Assembly (NCBI GenBank): GCA_019244185.1
Contig: JAFATB010000006.1
Span: 320,001 to 384,000 of the forward strand
Source: Acidobacteriota bacterium
GTDB lineage: Bacteria; Acidobacteriota; Thermoanaerobaculia; Gp7-AA8
Direction of reading: 5' to 3'
DNA length: 64,000 bases
Below the pieces are notes generated by a model. The model saw only the letters and a list, made by a program, of their open reading frames with translations, ran no database searches and was not told the origin of the DNA. The first letter of the stretch is position 1, and each line of letters starts with the position of its first letter. The translations under genes and the position numbers were made by a program. Shown in pieces: positions 30,639 through 39,245 of the stretch.

Positions 30639-32429
30639 AACGATCGGCACCAAGGCCGCCAGCTCATCCGCTGTCATCGGCGGCGCATCGCGGCGTTCGA
30701 TCAGCACCGCATCCGGCAACGTCGCGAGCGCCATCAGCTCATCCGCGCGTCGTGCGCAATCGCACGCGCAGTCGTTCTCCGGCGTCACGTAGTTCGCGAT
30801 GACGGAGCTCACGCGCAGGCCGCGCTGCGCGACGTCGTCGATGAGGCGCCGCGTCTCGGCAACGACGATGCGCTCGGGTCGCGTGACGACGATAACGGCC
30901 GTGTCGCGCGAACGCAGCGTCGCCTCGAGCTCGCGCATCGCGCGCGATGCATGAACGAGCTCTTCGCCGAGGGAGCCGGCGGGGACGAGGTCCTTGTAGC
31001 GGAGGAGGAGGCGCATGAACTCGCGGACCCATTCCGTGGCCGTCGACGGCAGATCGAGCAGGCGCAGGAAGTGTCCCGTCGGCGCGGTGTCGATGACGAC
31101 GCCGGCGAGCGTTTCATCGCCGAACAGATCGGCGAGGCGCGTGATCGCGAAGAGCTCGTCGGCGCCCGGCGGCGCGATGTCGATGAGCCGGCGCACGGCT
31201 TCCGTGTCGTGCTCGATGGAGACGCCGCGCGGCGTCAGCGCGTCGACCGCACGCTCGATCTCCGCGCCGAGGGTCGCGCGAAAGCGTTCCCACTTTGCGC
31301 GCGTGTCGATCAGCTCGACCGTGAGGTTCGGCGGCGGCGCGTTGTGCGCGAAGACGTCGCGCAGCGAATGCGCGGGATCGACGGAGAGCACGACGTAGCG
31401 CTTTTCCGGATTCGCGCGCGCGAGCTGCAACGCGATCGAGCTCGCACACGACGTCTTTCCCACGCCGCCCTTGCCCGCCAAAAACGTGAAGCGTGCGACG
31501 TCGACACGCGCGTTCGTCGCACGCGGCGTCGTTGCCTCGGTAGCGAGACCGCGCGACTCGCCGCGCAGCCACGCGCGGATCGCGTCGAACGAATCGAGCG
31601 GCGTGCACGCGCGCGGCGCATCGACGACCCTCGCGAACCGCGCCCGCGCCTCGGCATCCCGCTCCGCGAGCTCGCGGTCGCGCGCGCAATCGGCGTCGCG
31701 CACCGCACGGTTCAGGACGACGAAGGGGACGTGAATGTCCGCGTTGCGCACCGTGCGCAGCGTCTGCTCGACGACGAGCGGCTCGGAGAGCATCACCGGC
31801 ACGAACGCCGCGCGCGCGGGATCGTGGAGCAGCTCGCGCCGCGCGCGCGCCCGCGCATCGAAGTCGTCGATGAACGCGTCCATCGCATCGCGCACCTCGC
31901 GCCGCGTGAACTGGTAGACCAGCGCGCGATGCTTCTCCTCCATCGCGTCGAGCGCCGCCGCGAGCTGGCGGAAATGCTCTGAGGCCGACAGCATCCGCTC
32001 CGTGTGTCCCGTCGGCGCGGTGTCGACGACGACGAGCGCACCGGCGTTCTGCTCAACCAGCTCGCCGATGCGCATCCACGCCATCAGCTCGTCGATGCCG
32101 GGCAGCGCGAGCTCCATCAGCCGCCGCAGTTCGTCGCGATCGAGGTACGTGCCGCGGTCGGCGATGGTCAGGAACGACTCGAGATGCTCGCCGAGAAAAC
32201 GCGCGTAGAGCGCGCGGGCATCGAGCGACTCGATGGTGAGATTCGGCGGCGGCGACGACGTGAAATCGCCGAGGTTCGAGGCGGGATCGGTCGTGAAGAG
32301 GATGGTAGGGCGCGAGTCGGAGTAATGCAGCGCGGCCGCGGTCGAGAGCGTGGTCTTGCCGACGCCGCCTTTGCCGCCGAAGAGCACCACGCGGCGCGAC
32401 GCGAGCTCGTCGAGCTCGGAGAGGATCAT
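30633..32429 (-). CDS. ArsA/Get3-family ATPase with two fused ATPase domains
   Basis: Two P-loops (GKGGVGKTT, GKGGVGKTS), two switch I (DPASNL, DPAHSL), two switch II (DTAPTGH); Get3-type LPGIDEL/PPGADEL; Cys cluster DCACDCARR. ATG 32429 overlaps the gvpG stop. Confidence 0.92.
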   Translation of the reverse strand: MILSELDELASRRVVLFGGKGGVGKTTLSTAAALHYSDSRPTILFTTDPASNLGDFTSSPPPNLTIESLDARALYARFLGEHLESFLTIADRGTYLDRDELRRLMELALPGIDELMAWMRIGELVEQNAGALVVVDTAPTGHTERMLSASEHFRQLAAALDAMEEKHRALVYQFTRREVRDAMDAFIDDFDARARARRELLHDPARAAFVPVMLSEPLVVEQTLRTVRNADIHVPFVVLNRAVRDADCARDRELAERDAEARARFARVVDAPRACTPLDSFDAIRAWLRGESRGLATEATTPRATNARVDVARFTFLAGKGGVGKTSCASSIALQLARANPEKRYVVLSVDPAHSLRDVFAHNAPPPNLTVELIDTRAKWERFRATLGAEIERAVDALTPRGVSIEHDTEAVRRLIDIAPPGADELFAITRLADLFGDETLAGVVIDTAPTGHFLRLLDLPSTATEWVREFMRLLLRYKDLVPAGSLGEELVHASRAMRELEATLRSRDTAVIVVTRPERIVVAETRRLIDDVAQRGLRVSSVIANYVTPENDCACDCARRADELMALATLPDAVLIERRDAPPMTADELAALVPIVE

Positions 32430-32749
32430 CGGTCGCCGTAGCCGGTGTAGATCCCGATGCCGCCTTCGTCTTCGTCGCGCTCGGCCGCGTACTGGCGCGT
32501 GATCGCCTCGCGGCGCGCGCGGATGTCGCGCAGCGCCTGAAACACGATCGCTTCCTCGCGCGTGTACTCCTCTTCCGTGAGCTCGCCGAGCTCGAGCTGC
32601 ATCTGCAGCTCGATCAGCCGTTCCTTCCACGGCTGATCGTTCATCAGTTCCTCATCCGCCATCTTCTGGATCGTGTTCATGACCCACCGAAAGCCCGCGA
32701 TCGGGCCTTTCAGCGGGAGCATGAGGATGTCGTCGAGGAGAAACGCCAT
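32426..32749 (-). CDS. gvpG: Gas vesicle protein GvpG
   Basis: MAFLLDDILMLPLKGPIAGFRWVMNTIQKMADEEL...LELGELTEEEYTREE; directly after gvpF (TGATG overlap). Confidence 0.88.
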   Translation of the reverse strand: MAFLLDDILMLPLKGPIAGFRWVMNTIQKMADEELMNDQPWKERLIELQMQLELGELTEEEYTREEAIVFQALRDIRARREAITRQYAAERDEDEGGIGIYTGYGDR

Positions 32750-33543
32750 CAGCGTTCTGCTCTCTCCAGTTTGAGCCGGATGTTCACGAAGTTGTACGGC
32801 GGCCACGGCCCCGTGTAGAGGAACGAGAGCTTGTTCTCGTACTTTTTCGCGATGTCGGAGATCTGATCGTCGAAGGCTTTGGTCTTGTCGCGCTCGACGA
32901 GGAACGCGGCGTTCATGATCATCTTGTCGCCGATCGGCTTGTTCGACCGCGACGCGATCGCGGCGTCGCGCAGCGCCTCGTAGATCTCGGTCACGTACAG
33001 ATCGGCCTTCGCCTGCAGCGCGGACTCGACGACGCGCCCGAGCTGCATGCGCGAGAAGTACGTGGAGGTCGACGTCGACGACTGGATCTCTTCCTTCAGC
33101 CGCCGGATCTCCTCGTTCTCGTTTTCGATCTCTTTGACGACCTGGTCTTTGTCCCAGTTCACCTTGAGACCGAACTCGATCTTCCCTTCCATCTTCTGCA
33201 GCACGTCGCTGAGCGCCTCGTAGGTGCCTTTGAGGAACTCTTTGATGTCGTTCTCGGTGCGGAAGACGGTGCCGAAGCTCATCGGCAGCACGGTGAAGTC
33301 CTTCATCACGAGCTCGTTGACGTGCTCGTGCGCGAGCGCGTTCTCACGCGTCGGATCGAACACGATCAGCGGACAGTTCGACACGACCGCCGCGAACTCG
33401 CGGTAGTGAACGGTGTGAACTTTGTCGCCGCGCCCGCCGATGCCGACCGTGCCGAAGTCGCGCGGCGTCTCGGTTTTGATGATGCAGTAAACGTATTTGC
33501 CCTGTTCGGTATCGGAATCAGTTCCCTGAAGCTGCTCGCTCAT
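32749..33543 (-). CDS. gvpF: Gas vesicle protein GvpF
   Basis: GKYVYCII, ALAHEHVNE, TVLPMSFGTVF, IEFGLKV, MNAAFLV, TGPWPPYNFV. Confidence 0.93.
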   Translation of the reverse strand: MSEQLQGTDSDTEQGKYVYCIIKTETPRDFGTVGIGGRGDKVHTVHYREFAAVVSNCPLIVFDPTRENALAHEHVNELVMKDFTVLPMSFGTVFRTENDIKEFLKGTYEALSDVLQKMEGKIEFGLKVNWDKDQVVKEIENENEEIRRLKEEIQSSTSTSTYFSRMQLGRVVESALQAKADLYVTEIYEALRDAAIASRSNKPIGDKMIMNAAFLVERDKTKAFDDQISDIAKKYENKLSFLYTGPWPPYNFVNIRLKLERAER

Positions 33544-33583
33544 CCTGCCCTCGATGACGTTCGCAGAATACAATAACGCCACG

Positions 33584-34603
33584 TTGCAAGCCCCAGACCC
33601 CGGTCAAATCGCGCGCCGCCTCGAACGCTGGTTCGCGCGCCACCAGCGGCCCCTCCCCTGGCGCAACGGCTACGACCCGTACCACGTGTGGGTCTCCGAG
33701 GTGATGCTGCAGCAGACTCGGATGGAAGTGGTGCTGCCGTATTTCGAGCGCTTCGTGGCGCGCTTCCCGACGCTGCAGGCGCTCGCCGGCGCGACCGAAC
33801 AGGAAGTGCTCGCGGCGTGGTCGGGCCTCGGCTACTACCGGCGCGCGAAGATGCTGCGCGCGGGCGCGATCGAAGTCGTCGCGCGCTTCGGCGGCACCGT
33901 CCCGTCGACCGTCGACGAGCTGCTGACCATCCCCGGCATCGGCCGCTACACCGCCGGCGCGATCGCGTCGGTCGCGTGGAACCGGCACGCGCCGATCGTC
34001 GACGGCAACGTGGCGCGCATCGTCTCGCGCCTCTTCGCCATCGAGCACTCGCTCGGCACGCCCGCGCTGATGAACGCCGCGTGGCAGCGCGCGACGGAGC
34101 TCGTCGATGCGTGCAAGACGCCGCGCGCGTTCAATCAGGGGCTGATGGAAGTCGGCGCGCTCGTCTGCAAGCCGCGCAATCCGTCGTGCCTGCTCTGTCC
34201 CGTCGCGAACGATTGCGTCGCGCGCGCGACCGGCCGCGCCGGCGAGCTGCCGCGGCCGAAGGTGAAAGCGGAGACGCGCGAGCTCAGCATCGCGTTATAT
34301 CTCATCACCGATCGCAAGGGACGCGTGCTCATGCGCCGCGAGTCGGGACCGCTGATGAACGCGATGTATCACCTGCCGCACGGCGACACCTCGCTCCTCA
34401 CCGGCTCGCCGCTCGCCGCCGCGCGCGGCGAGCTCCTCGGCACGTTCCGCCATACCGTGACCACGCGGCGCATCGAGTTCTCGGTCTACGCGGGAGCGGT
34501 GAAGCAGCATCCGCGCGGCGAGTACGCGTGGATCGATCCCGAGGCGCTGCACGACGTTCCGCATCCGTCGTACGTACGAAAAGCGTTGCGGTGGCTTCCT
34601 TAG
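33584..34603 (+). CDS. mutY: A/G-specific adenine glycosylase
   Basis: WVSEVMLQQT, WSGLGYYRRA, HhH PGIGRYTAGAI, VDGNV, Fe-S motif CKPRNPSCLLCPVANDC. TTG 33584 preferred over ATG 33554. Confidence 0.96.
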   Translation: MQAPDPGQIARRLERWFARHQRPLPWRNGYDPYHVWVSEVMLQQTRMEVVLPYFERFVARFPTLQALAGATEQEVLAAWSGLGYYRRAKMLRAGAIEVVARFGGTVPSTVDELLTIPGIGRYTAGAIASVAWNRHAPIVDGNVARIVSRLFAIEHSLGTPALMNAAWQRATELVDACKTPRAFNQGLMEVGALVCKPRNPSCLLCPVANDCVARATGRAGELPRPKVKAETRELSIALYLITDRKGRVLMRRESGPLMNAMYHLPHGDTSLLTGSPLAAARGELLGTFRHTVTTRRIEFSVYAGAVKQHPRGEYAWIDPEALHDVPHPSYVRKALRWLP

Positions 34604-34626
34604 TGTCCCGCTAAACTGGAGGACAA

Positions 34627-37302
34627 ATGCGCGGGTGTGTGAAAGCGGTCCTTCTTCTCCTCGTCCTGCTCCTGGCCGTTCCCGTCTTCCCGCAGTGCAA
34701 CTGGACGCCGCGCTACAGTGGCGCGTTCCGTGAGACCGTCTACGACGTCTCGCCCGACGCGGGGAACAGCGTCTGGATCGCCACCGGCTACGGCGTCGAA
34801 GTGCGCGATGCGGACGGCGTGCTCGCGGCGCGCGCGCTCCCCGGCTCGACGCGCGTCGTGCGCGCCATCGGAAACAACGTCGCGTACGCAGGCAGCGGCG
34901 CGCGGCTGTACGTCCTGCGCCGCAGCGGCAGCGCGATCGACATCGTGCGCACGCTCGACGCCGGCGGCACCGTCAACGATCTCCTCGTAGCGCCGCCGTA
35001 CTTTTTCCTCGCCACCAGCGCGGGACTCTTCCACTACGACTTCTTCGATGCGACGAACCCGCAGCGCGCGCCGTTCACGCTGCCGACGTCGTCGCCGAAC
35101 GTCACCTCGCTCGCCTCCGCGGCGGACAAGCTCTACGCCGCCGACGGCGACAGCACGGTCGAGGTCTTCTCGATCGCCTCGCCCGCGTTCCCGCAGCACG
35201 TGGCAACGCTCGACAGCGTCGCGCGCGCGTCGTCGGTGTACGCGTCGGCGGATGACCTGCTGTTCGTCTCCGACAAGTTCGGGCAGAGCACCGATCTCTT
35301 TCAGTCGAACGTGAAGATCAAGACGTTGACCACCGGCGCGACGTCGGTGGCGCCCGCGGGTCCGGGCGAGTGGTTTCTCGCCGGTCCCGACCGCACGCTC
35401 CGCGCGTTCGATCTCACCGCGCTCGAGCGCATCGCGCAGACGTTCGAGACCACGTTCGCGGCGTCCGGCGGCAACGGCGACAACACCATCCACCGCCTCG
35501 TCCGCTCCGGCGACACGCTCTACGTCGCCGCCGGCGACCTCGGCCTGCTCACGCTCGACGCGTCCGCGCTCACGCATCCGTATCCGCTCGTCAGCTACGC
35601 CACCGGCGCGACCACGTCCGCCATCATCGCCGGCGGCAAGGCGTACTTCACGAACGCCGCGGGAACGATCGCGGAATACGCCATCGACGCGAACGGCATC
35701 GCCCTGACGCCGCAACGCACGTGGACGACCATCGCCGGCGCCACGCTGCAGGATCAGGAGACGGTCAAGTTGTTGACTGCCGCCGGCGCGACCGCGACGC
35801 TCTGGTCGCTCGACGCGCAGACCCCGACCGCCGCGCTCACCGTCGCGTTCCGCACGACCATTCGGTCGGCAGTGCTGCGCGGCAACACGATCGTCGCACT
35901 GCTCACCGACGGCTCGCTCTGGACCGCGACGGACGCGACGCCGCATCTCGTCGACATCGGAGCATCGGTCGCACAGCTCGCGCGCTCCGGCGACGCCATC
36001 GCACTGGCCGTGGTGAAGGACGAGCGCACGACGGACGTCCGCTACTACGCGACCGGCGACTTCACCGCGCCGACGCGCACGTACAACGTCGACGGCGTGG
36101 TCTCCGCGCCGCTCGCGCTCGACGCCACGCGCGCCGCCGTCTTTACCTATCGCATCAACGTCATCGACCTCGGCAGCGGCGCGACCCGCGCGCTCGCCGG
36201 CTCCGACGGCTTCATCCCGCGCGGTCTCGCCTTCGCCGGCAGCGACCTCCTCGTGCTCTCGCCGCAGACGCTCGACGTCTGGACGAACGCGCAGACGCTC
36301 GCGCGCAGCCAGCCGCTGCCCGGCGGCGCAAACGCGTTCGCGGGCGCCGCGCCGATCAGCGTCGTCGCGGGCGCCGCCGGCCCGATCGCCATCCGTCCGC
36401 TCGCGCCGCTGCCGCAGCCGGTCGCGCTGCTGCGCAACCAGTTCCCGACCAACGCCGTCATCGGCGGCAATCGGCTCTACCTCCAATCCGACGACCGCAT
36501 CGACATCTACGCGATCGGGACGTCCGTCGCGCCGGTGTACGTCAGCAGCATCCGCTCGGTCGGCGCGTTCGACATCGCGGCGACGAGCGACCGCTTCTTC
36601 ACGCTCTCCGGCAGCGGCACCGTTACCGCGTACTCGACCTCAGGCGCGCTGCTCGCGCAGACGACCATCGACGAAGGCGCCGACGCGCAGCCGCGCGGCA
36701 TCACCACCGCCGGCAACGCGGTGTGGGTCTCGCTGACGAAAGGCTTTCTCACCGGGCAGTCGCAGAAGAAGACGCTCGTCCTCGATCCGCTCTCGCTCGC
36801 CGTCACCGCGTCGCTGAACGGCGGCACGACCGACGTCGTGACGTCCGGCGCGCGCGCGTACGCGCTCTTCTCGCTGCCGGACGAAGTGCGCGTGCTCGAT
36901 CTCGCCGATCCGCTGCATCCCGCGCAACTCGCGTCCGTGAAAGCGCCGGCGAACGCGCTGTCGGTGTCGTACGCGAACAACAACGTCTACATCCTCGCGG
37001 ATCGCATCTACGCCTTCAGCGAGTCGACGCTCGCCGCGAACGGCACGTTCCTGCAAGCCGTCGCCACGACCGGCGCGCAGCTTCGCATCGACGGCGGCTG
37101 CGCGGCGGTCGTCGGACGCGACGCGGCGGTCGATCTTTACGCCGCGAGCACGTGGACGAGCGCGTCCGCGCCGGAGCTGCCGTCGACGCCGCGCGTGCTC
37201 GCGTCCGCGCCCGGCCGGCTCTACGTGCTCACGGATCACTCGATCGAGGTCTGGACACAGACGTCCACGCCGCCGCCCGAGCGGCGCCACAGCGTGCGCT
37301 GA
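34627..37302 (+). CDS. Large secreted beta-propeller protein (LVIVD-like repeats)
   Basis: Signal peptide; repeats such as KLYAADG..VEVFSIASPAFP, LYVAAGDLGL, VRVLDLADPLHP; Ala/Thr-rich; ends PPPERRHSVR. Confidence 0.75.
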   Translation: MRGCVKAVLLLLVLLLAVPVFPQCNWTPRYSGAFRETVYDVSPDAGNSVWIATGYGVEVRDADGVLAARALPGSTRVVRAIGNNVAYAGSGARLYVLRRSGSAIDIVRTLDAGGTVNDLLVAPPYFFLATSAGLFHYDFFDATNPQRAPFTLPTSSPNVTSLASAADKLYAADGDSTVEVFSIASPAFPQHVATLDSVARASSVYASADDLLFVSDKFGQSTDLFQSNVKIKTLTTGATSVAPAGPGEWFLAGPDRTLRAFDLTALERIAQTFETTFAASGGNGDNTIHRLVRSGDTLYVAAGDLGLLTLDASALTHPYPLVSYATGATTSAIIAGGKAYFTNAAGTIAEYAIDANGIALTPQRTWTTIAGATLQDQETVKLLTAAGATATLWSLDAQTPTAALTVAFRTTIRSAVLRGNTIVALLTDGSLWTATDATPHLVDIGASVAQLARSGDAIALAVVKDERTTDVRYYATGDFTAPTRTYNVDGVVSAPLALDATRAAVFTYRINVIDLGSGATRALAGSDGFIPRGLAFAGSDLLVLSPQTLDVWTNAQTLARSQPLPGGANAFAGAAPISVVAGAAGPIAIRPLAPLPQPVALLRNQFPTNAVIGGNRLYLQSDDRIDIYAIGTSVAPVYVSSIRSVGAFDIAATSDRFFTLSGSGTVTAYSTSGALLAQTTIDEGADAQPRGITTAGNAVWVSLTKGFLTGQSQKKTLVLDPLSLAVTASLNGGTTDVVTSGARAYALFSLPDEVRVLDLADPLHPAQLASVKAPANALSVSYANNNVYILADRIYAFSESTLAANGTFLQAVATTGAQLRIDGGCAAVVGRDAAVDLYAASTWTSASAPELPSTPRVLASAPGRLYVLTDHSIEVWTQTSTPPPERRHSVR

Positions 37303-38060
37303 TGCCGAAGGTCGCGCTCACGTCCGACGAACACGCGTGGCGCATCACGCTCGACGCGCCGCCGCTGCACATTCTCGACATCGCGCTGCTCGAAGAGCTG
37401 CGCGACGCGCTCGCGCGCGTGACGCCCGATCGCCACGCGCTCGTCATCGCCGCCTCCGGCGACCGCGCCTTTTCCGCCGGCGCATCCGTGCAGGACCACC
37501 TCGGCGATCGCGTCGCGACGATGCTGCGCGTCTTTCACGACTGCTTCCGCGCGCTCGCGCGTCTCGACCTCGTCACCGTCGCGCTCGTGCGCGGCGCCGC
37601 GCTCGGCGGCGGCTGCGAGCTCGCCCTCGCGTGCGACTTCGTGCTCGCCTCCGACCGCGCGCGCTTCGGCCAGCCCGAGATCGCCCTCGGCGTCTTCCCG
37701 CCCGTCGCCGCCTACCAGCTCTCGCGCCAGCTCCCGCCGCGCAAGGGTCTCGAGCTGCTGCTCACGGGCGATGCAATCGACGCCGCGCGCGCGGAACAGC
37801 TCGGCCTCGTCAATGTTGTCTTCACCGACGCGGAGTTCGACGCGCACGCAAACGCGTGGCTCGAACGCCTCTATCGGCACAGCGCGTCGTCGGTGCGTTT
37901 GGCGAAGAAAGCGTTCCGCCTCGCGCAGGCGGACGAGTTCGAAGCGCGGCTCGCCGCGACGGAGCGTCTCTATCTCGACGAGCTCGCGCGGACGCACGAT
38001 GCGAATGAGGGATTGAACGCGTTTCTCGAGAAACGAAGCGCGCGCTGGGAGGGGCGCTAG
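37302..38060 (+). CDS. Enoyl-CoA hydratase/crotonase family (dienoyl-CoA hydratase-like)
   Basis: Start ATG 37302 (TGATG). AFSAGASVQDH, ALGGGCELALACD, FGQPEIALGVFPP, DANEGLNAFLEKR. Confidence 0.9.
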   Translation: MPKVALTSDEHAWRITLDAPPLHILDIALLEELRDALARVTPDRHALVIAASGDRAFSAGASVQDHLGDRVATMLRVFHDCFRALARLDLVTVALVRGAALGGGCELALACDFVLASDRARFGQPEIALGVFPPVAAYQLSRQLPPRKGLELLLTGDAIDAARAEQLGLVNVVFTDAEFDAHANAWLERLYRHSASSVRLAKKAFRLAQADEFEARLAATERLYLDELARTHDANEGLNAFLEKRSARWEGR

Positions 38061-38447
38061 TTACTGTTGTTCGAACGCGATGGTCGTGTTCGCGTCGACT
38101 TTCACCATGATCTTCTTCGACGGCACGATCGCCGTCGCGAACCACGCGATGAGCACCACGCCCGAGCTCTTGCCGTCACAGCCGACGGGCATCGGGCGCA
38201 CGACCTTCAGATCGCCGAACTGCTTCGCGATCGTCTTGCCGTGGTCATCGACCCACTCCAGCGGCGGCGCCTGCCGCTTGCCGATCGTGTCGGCGAGCAG
38301 CTGTGCTTCCTGAAACGTGAGCCTGCCGGTCAGCAGCGTCACGACCTGAATGTGGCGCTCGGTGCGGCTGACGAAACGATTGACGCACGCGGCCGGGAGC
38401 GACTGCGCGAACAGACAGAGAGCGAGCAAGAAAGCGGCGATTTTCAT
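38061..38447 (-). CDS. Secreted hypothetical protein
   Basis: MKIAAFLLALCLFAQSLPA signal peptide; ATGA overlap with the upstream ORF; 128 aa with a Cys pair. Confidence 0.7.
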   Translation of the reverse strand: MKIAAFLLALCLFAQSLPAACVNRFVSRTERHIQVVTLLTGRLTFQEAQLLADTIGKRQAPPLEWVDDHGKTIAKQFGDLKVVRPMPVGCDGKSSGVVLIAWFATAIVPSKKIMVKVDANTTIAFEQQ

Positions 38448-39196
38448 GTTCCTGGCAACCGAAGCGGACGTAACGGTTGGCGCCATTGTGCCTCGTTCCC
38501 GGCGAAAGGCCAAACGAAGCCCGTGCGCGCGTACGCCGCCGCGAGCGCGCCGATCGTGAGGAGCAACAGCACGACCAGCGGCGCGACCGCCTCGCGCAGT
38601 TCGACGCGTGTCAGCTGCTCGAAGCGCGATTTCACCGGCGCGAGCGCCGCAACGAACGCAATCACGGCCAATGTCGCCGCCGGCCAAAACGTCGCCCACG
38701 CGCGCAGCGCGAAGCCCAGACCGGCGAACGCGATCGCGCACGGCACGACGCGCAGCAGCCAGAGCTCGACGCGCGTCAGCAGCCGCACGTCGTAGACATT
38801 CGCGAGCATCGCCAGCGCGCGCCGCTCGAACGCGAACGCCGAGGCCGCGCCGAGAAACGCGACGACCAGCGCGACCGCCGACGCATCGCTCGCCGCGTAA
38901 CGCACGCACGGCACGATCGCCAGCGTCTCCGCCAGCACGAACGCCCAATGCCGCGCCGCCAGCGCAGGATGCGACGGCCACAGATGCGCCACCGCCTGCG
39001 CGAGCACGAGCGCGATCAACGCCGCGGTCACCGGCGCCGCGAAGCGCGCCAGCGCCGTCACGATCGACGTCGCGATGAAGAACTGCGCAAACGCGACGAC
39101 CGCCAGCCGCCACGCGGCGGGACGCGGCCGGGAGTCGAACGCGTGAGAGTCGTACACGCGCGCCGAAGTCTGCACGCAACTCTGCGCGGCGCGCAA
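38444..39196 (-). CDS. Hypothetical multi-pass membrane protein
   Basis: Several hydrophobic Ala/Leu/Val segments; stop overlaps the next ATG. Start uncertain. Confidence 0.55.
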   Translation of the reverse strand: MRAAQSCVQTSARVYDSHAFDSRPRPAAWRLAVVAFAQFFIATSIVTALARFAAPVTAALIALVLAQAVAHLWPSHPALAARHWAFVLAETLAIVPCVRYAASDASAVALVVAFLGAASAFAFERRALAMLANVYDVRLLTRVELWLLRVVPCAIAFAGLGFALRAWATFWPAATLAVIAFVAALAPVKSRFEQLTRVELREAVAPLVVLLLLTIGALAAAYARTGFVWPFAGNEAQWRQPLRPLRLPGT

Positions 39197-39245
39197 CGTA
39201 CATCACTCTGGGTGCGGCCGGGCGCGCGAGGCGCCGTGTGTCATC

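Noticed and set aside
30633-32429. Arsenic-resistance ArsA pump ATPase
   Set aside because: No arsB/acr3, arsC, arsD or arsR nearby; it has Get3-type PGxDE motifs and is coupled within the gvp genes.
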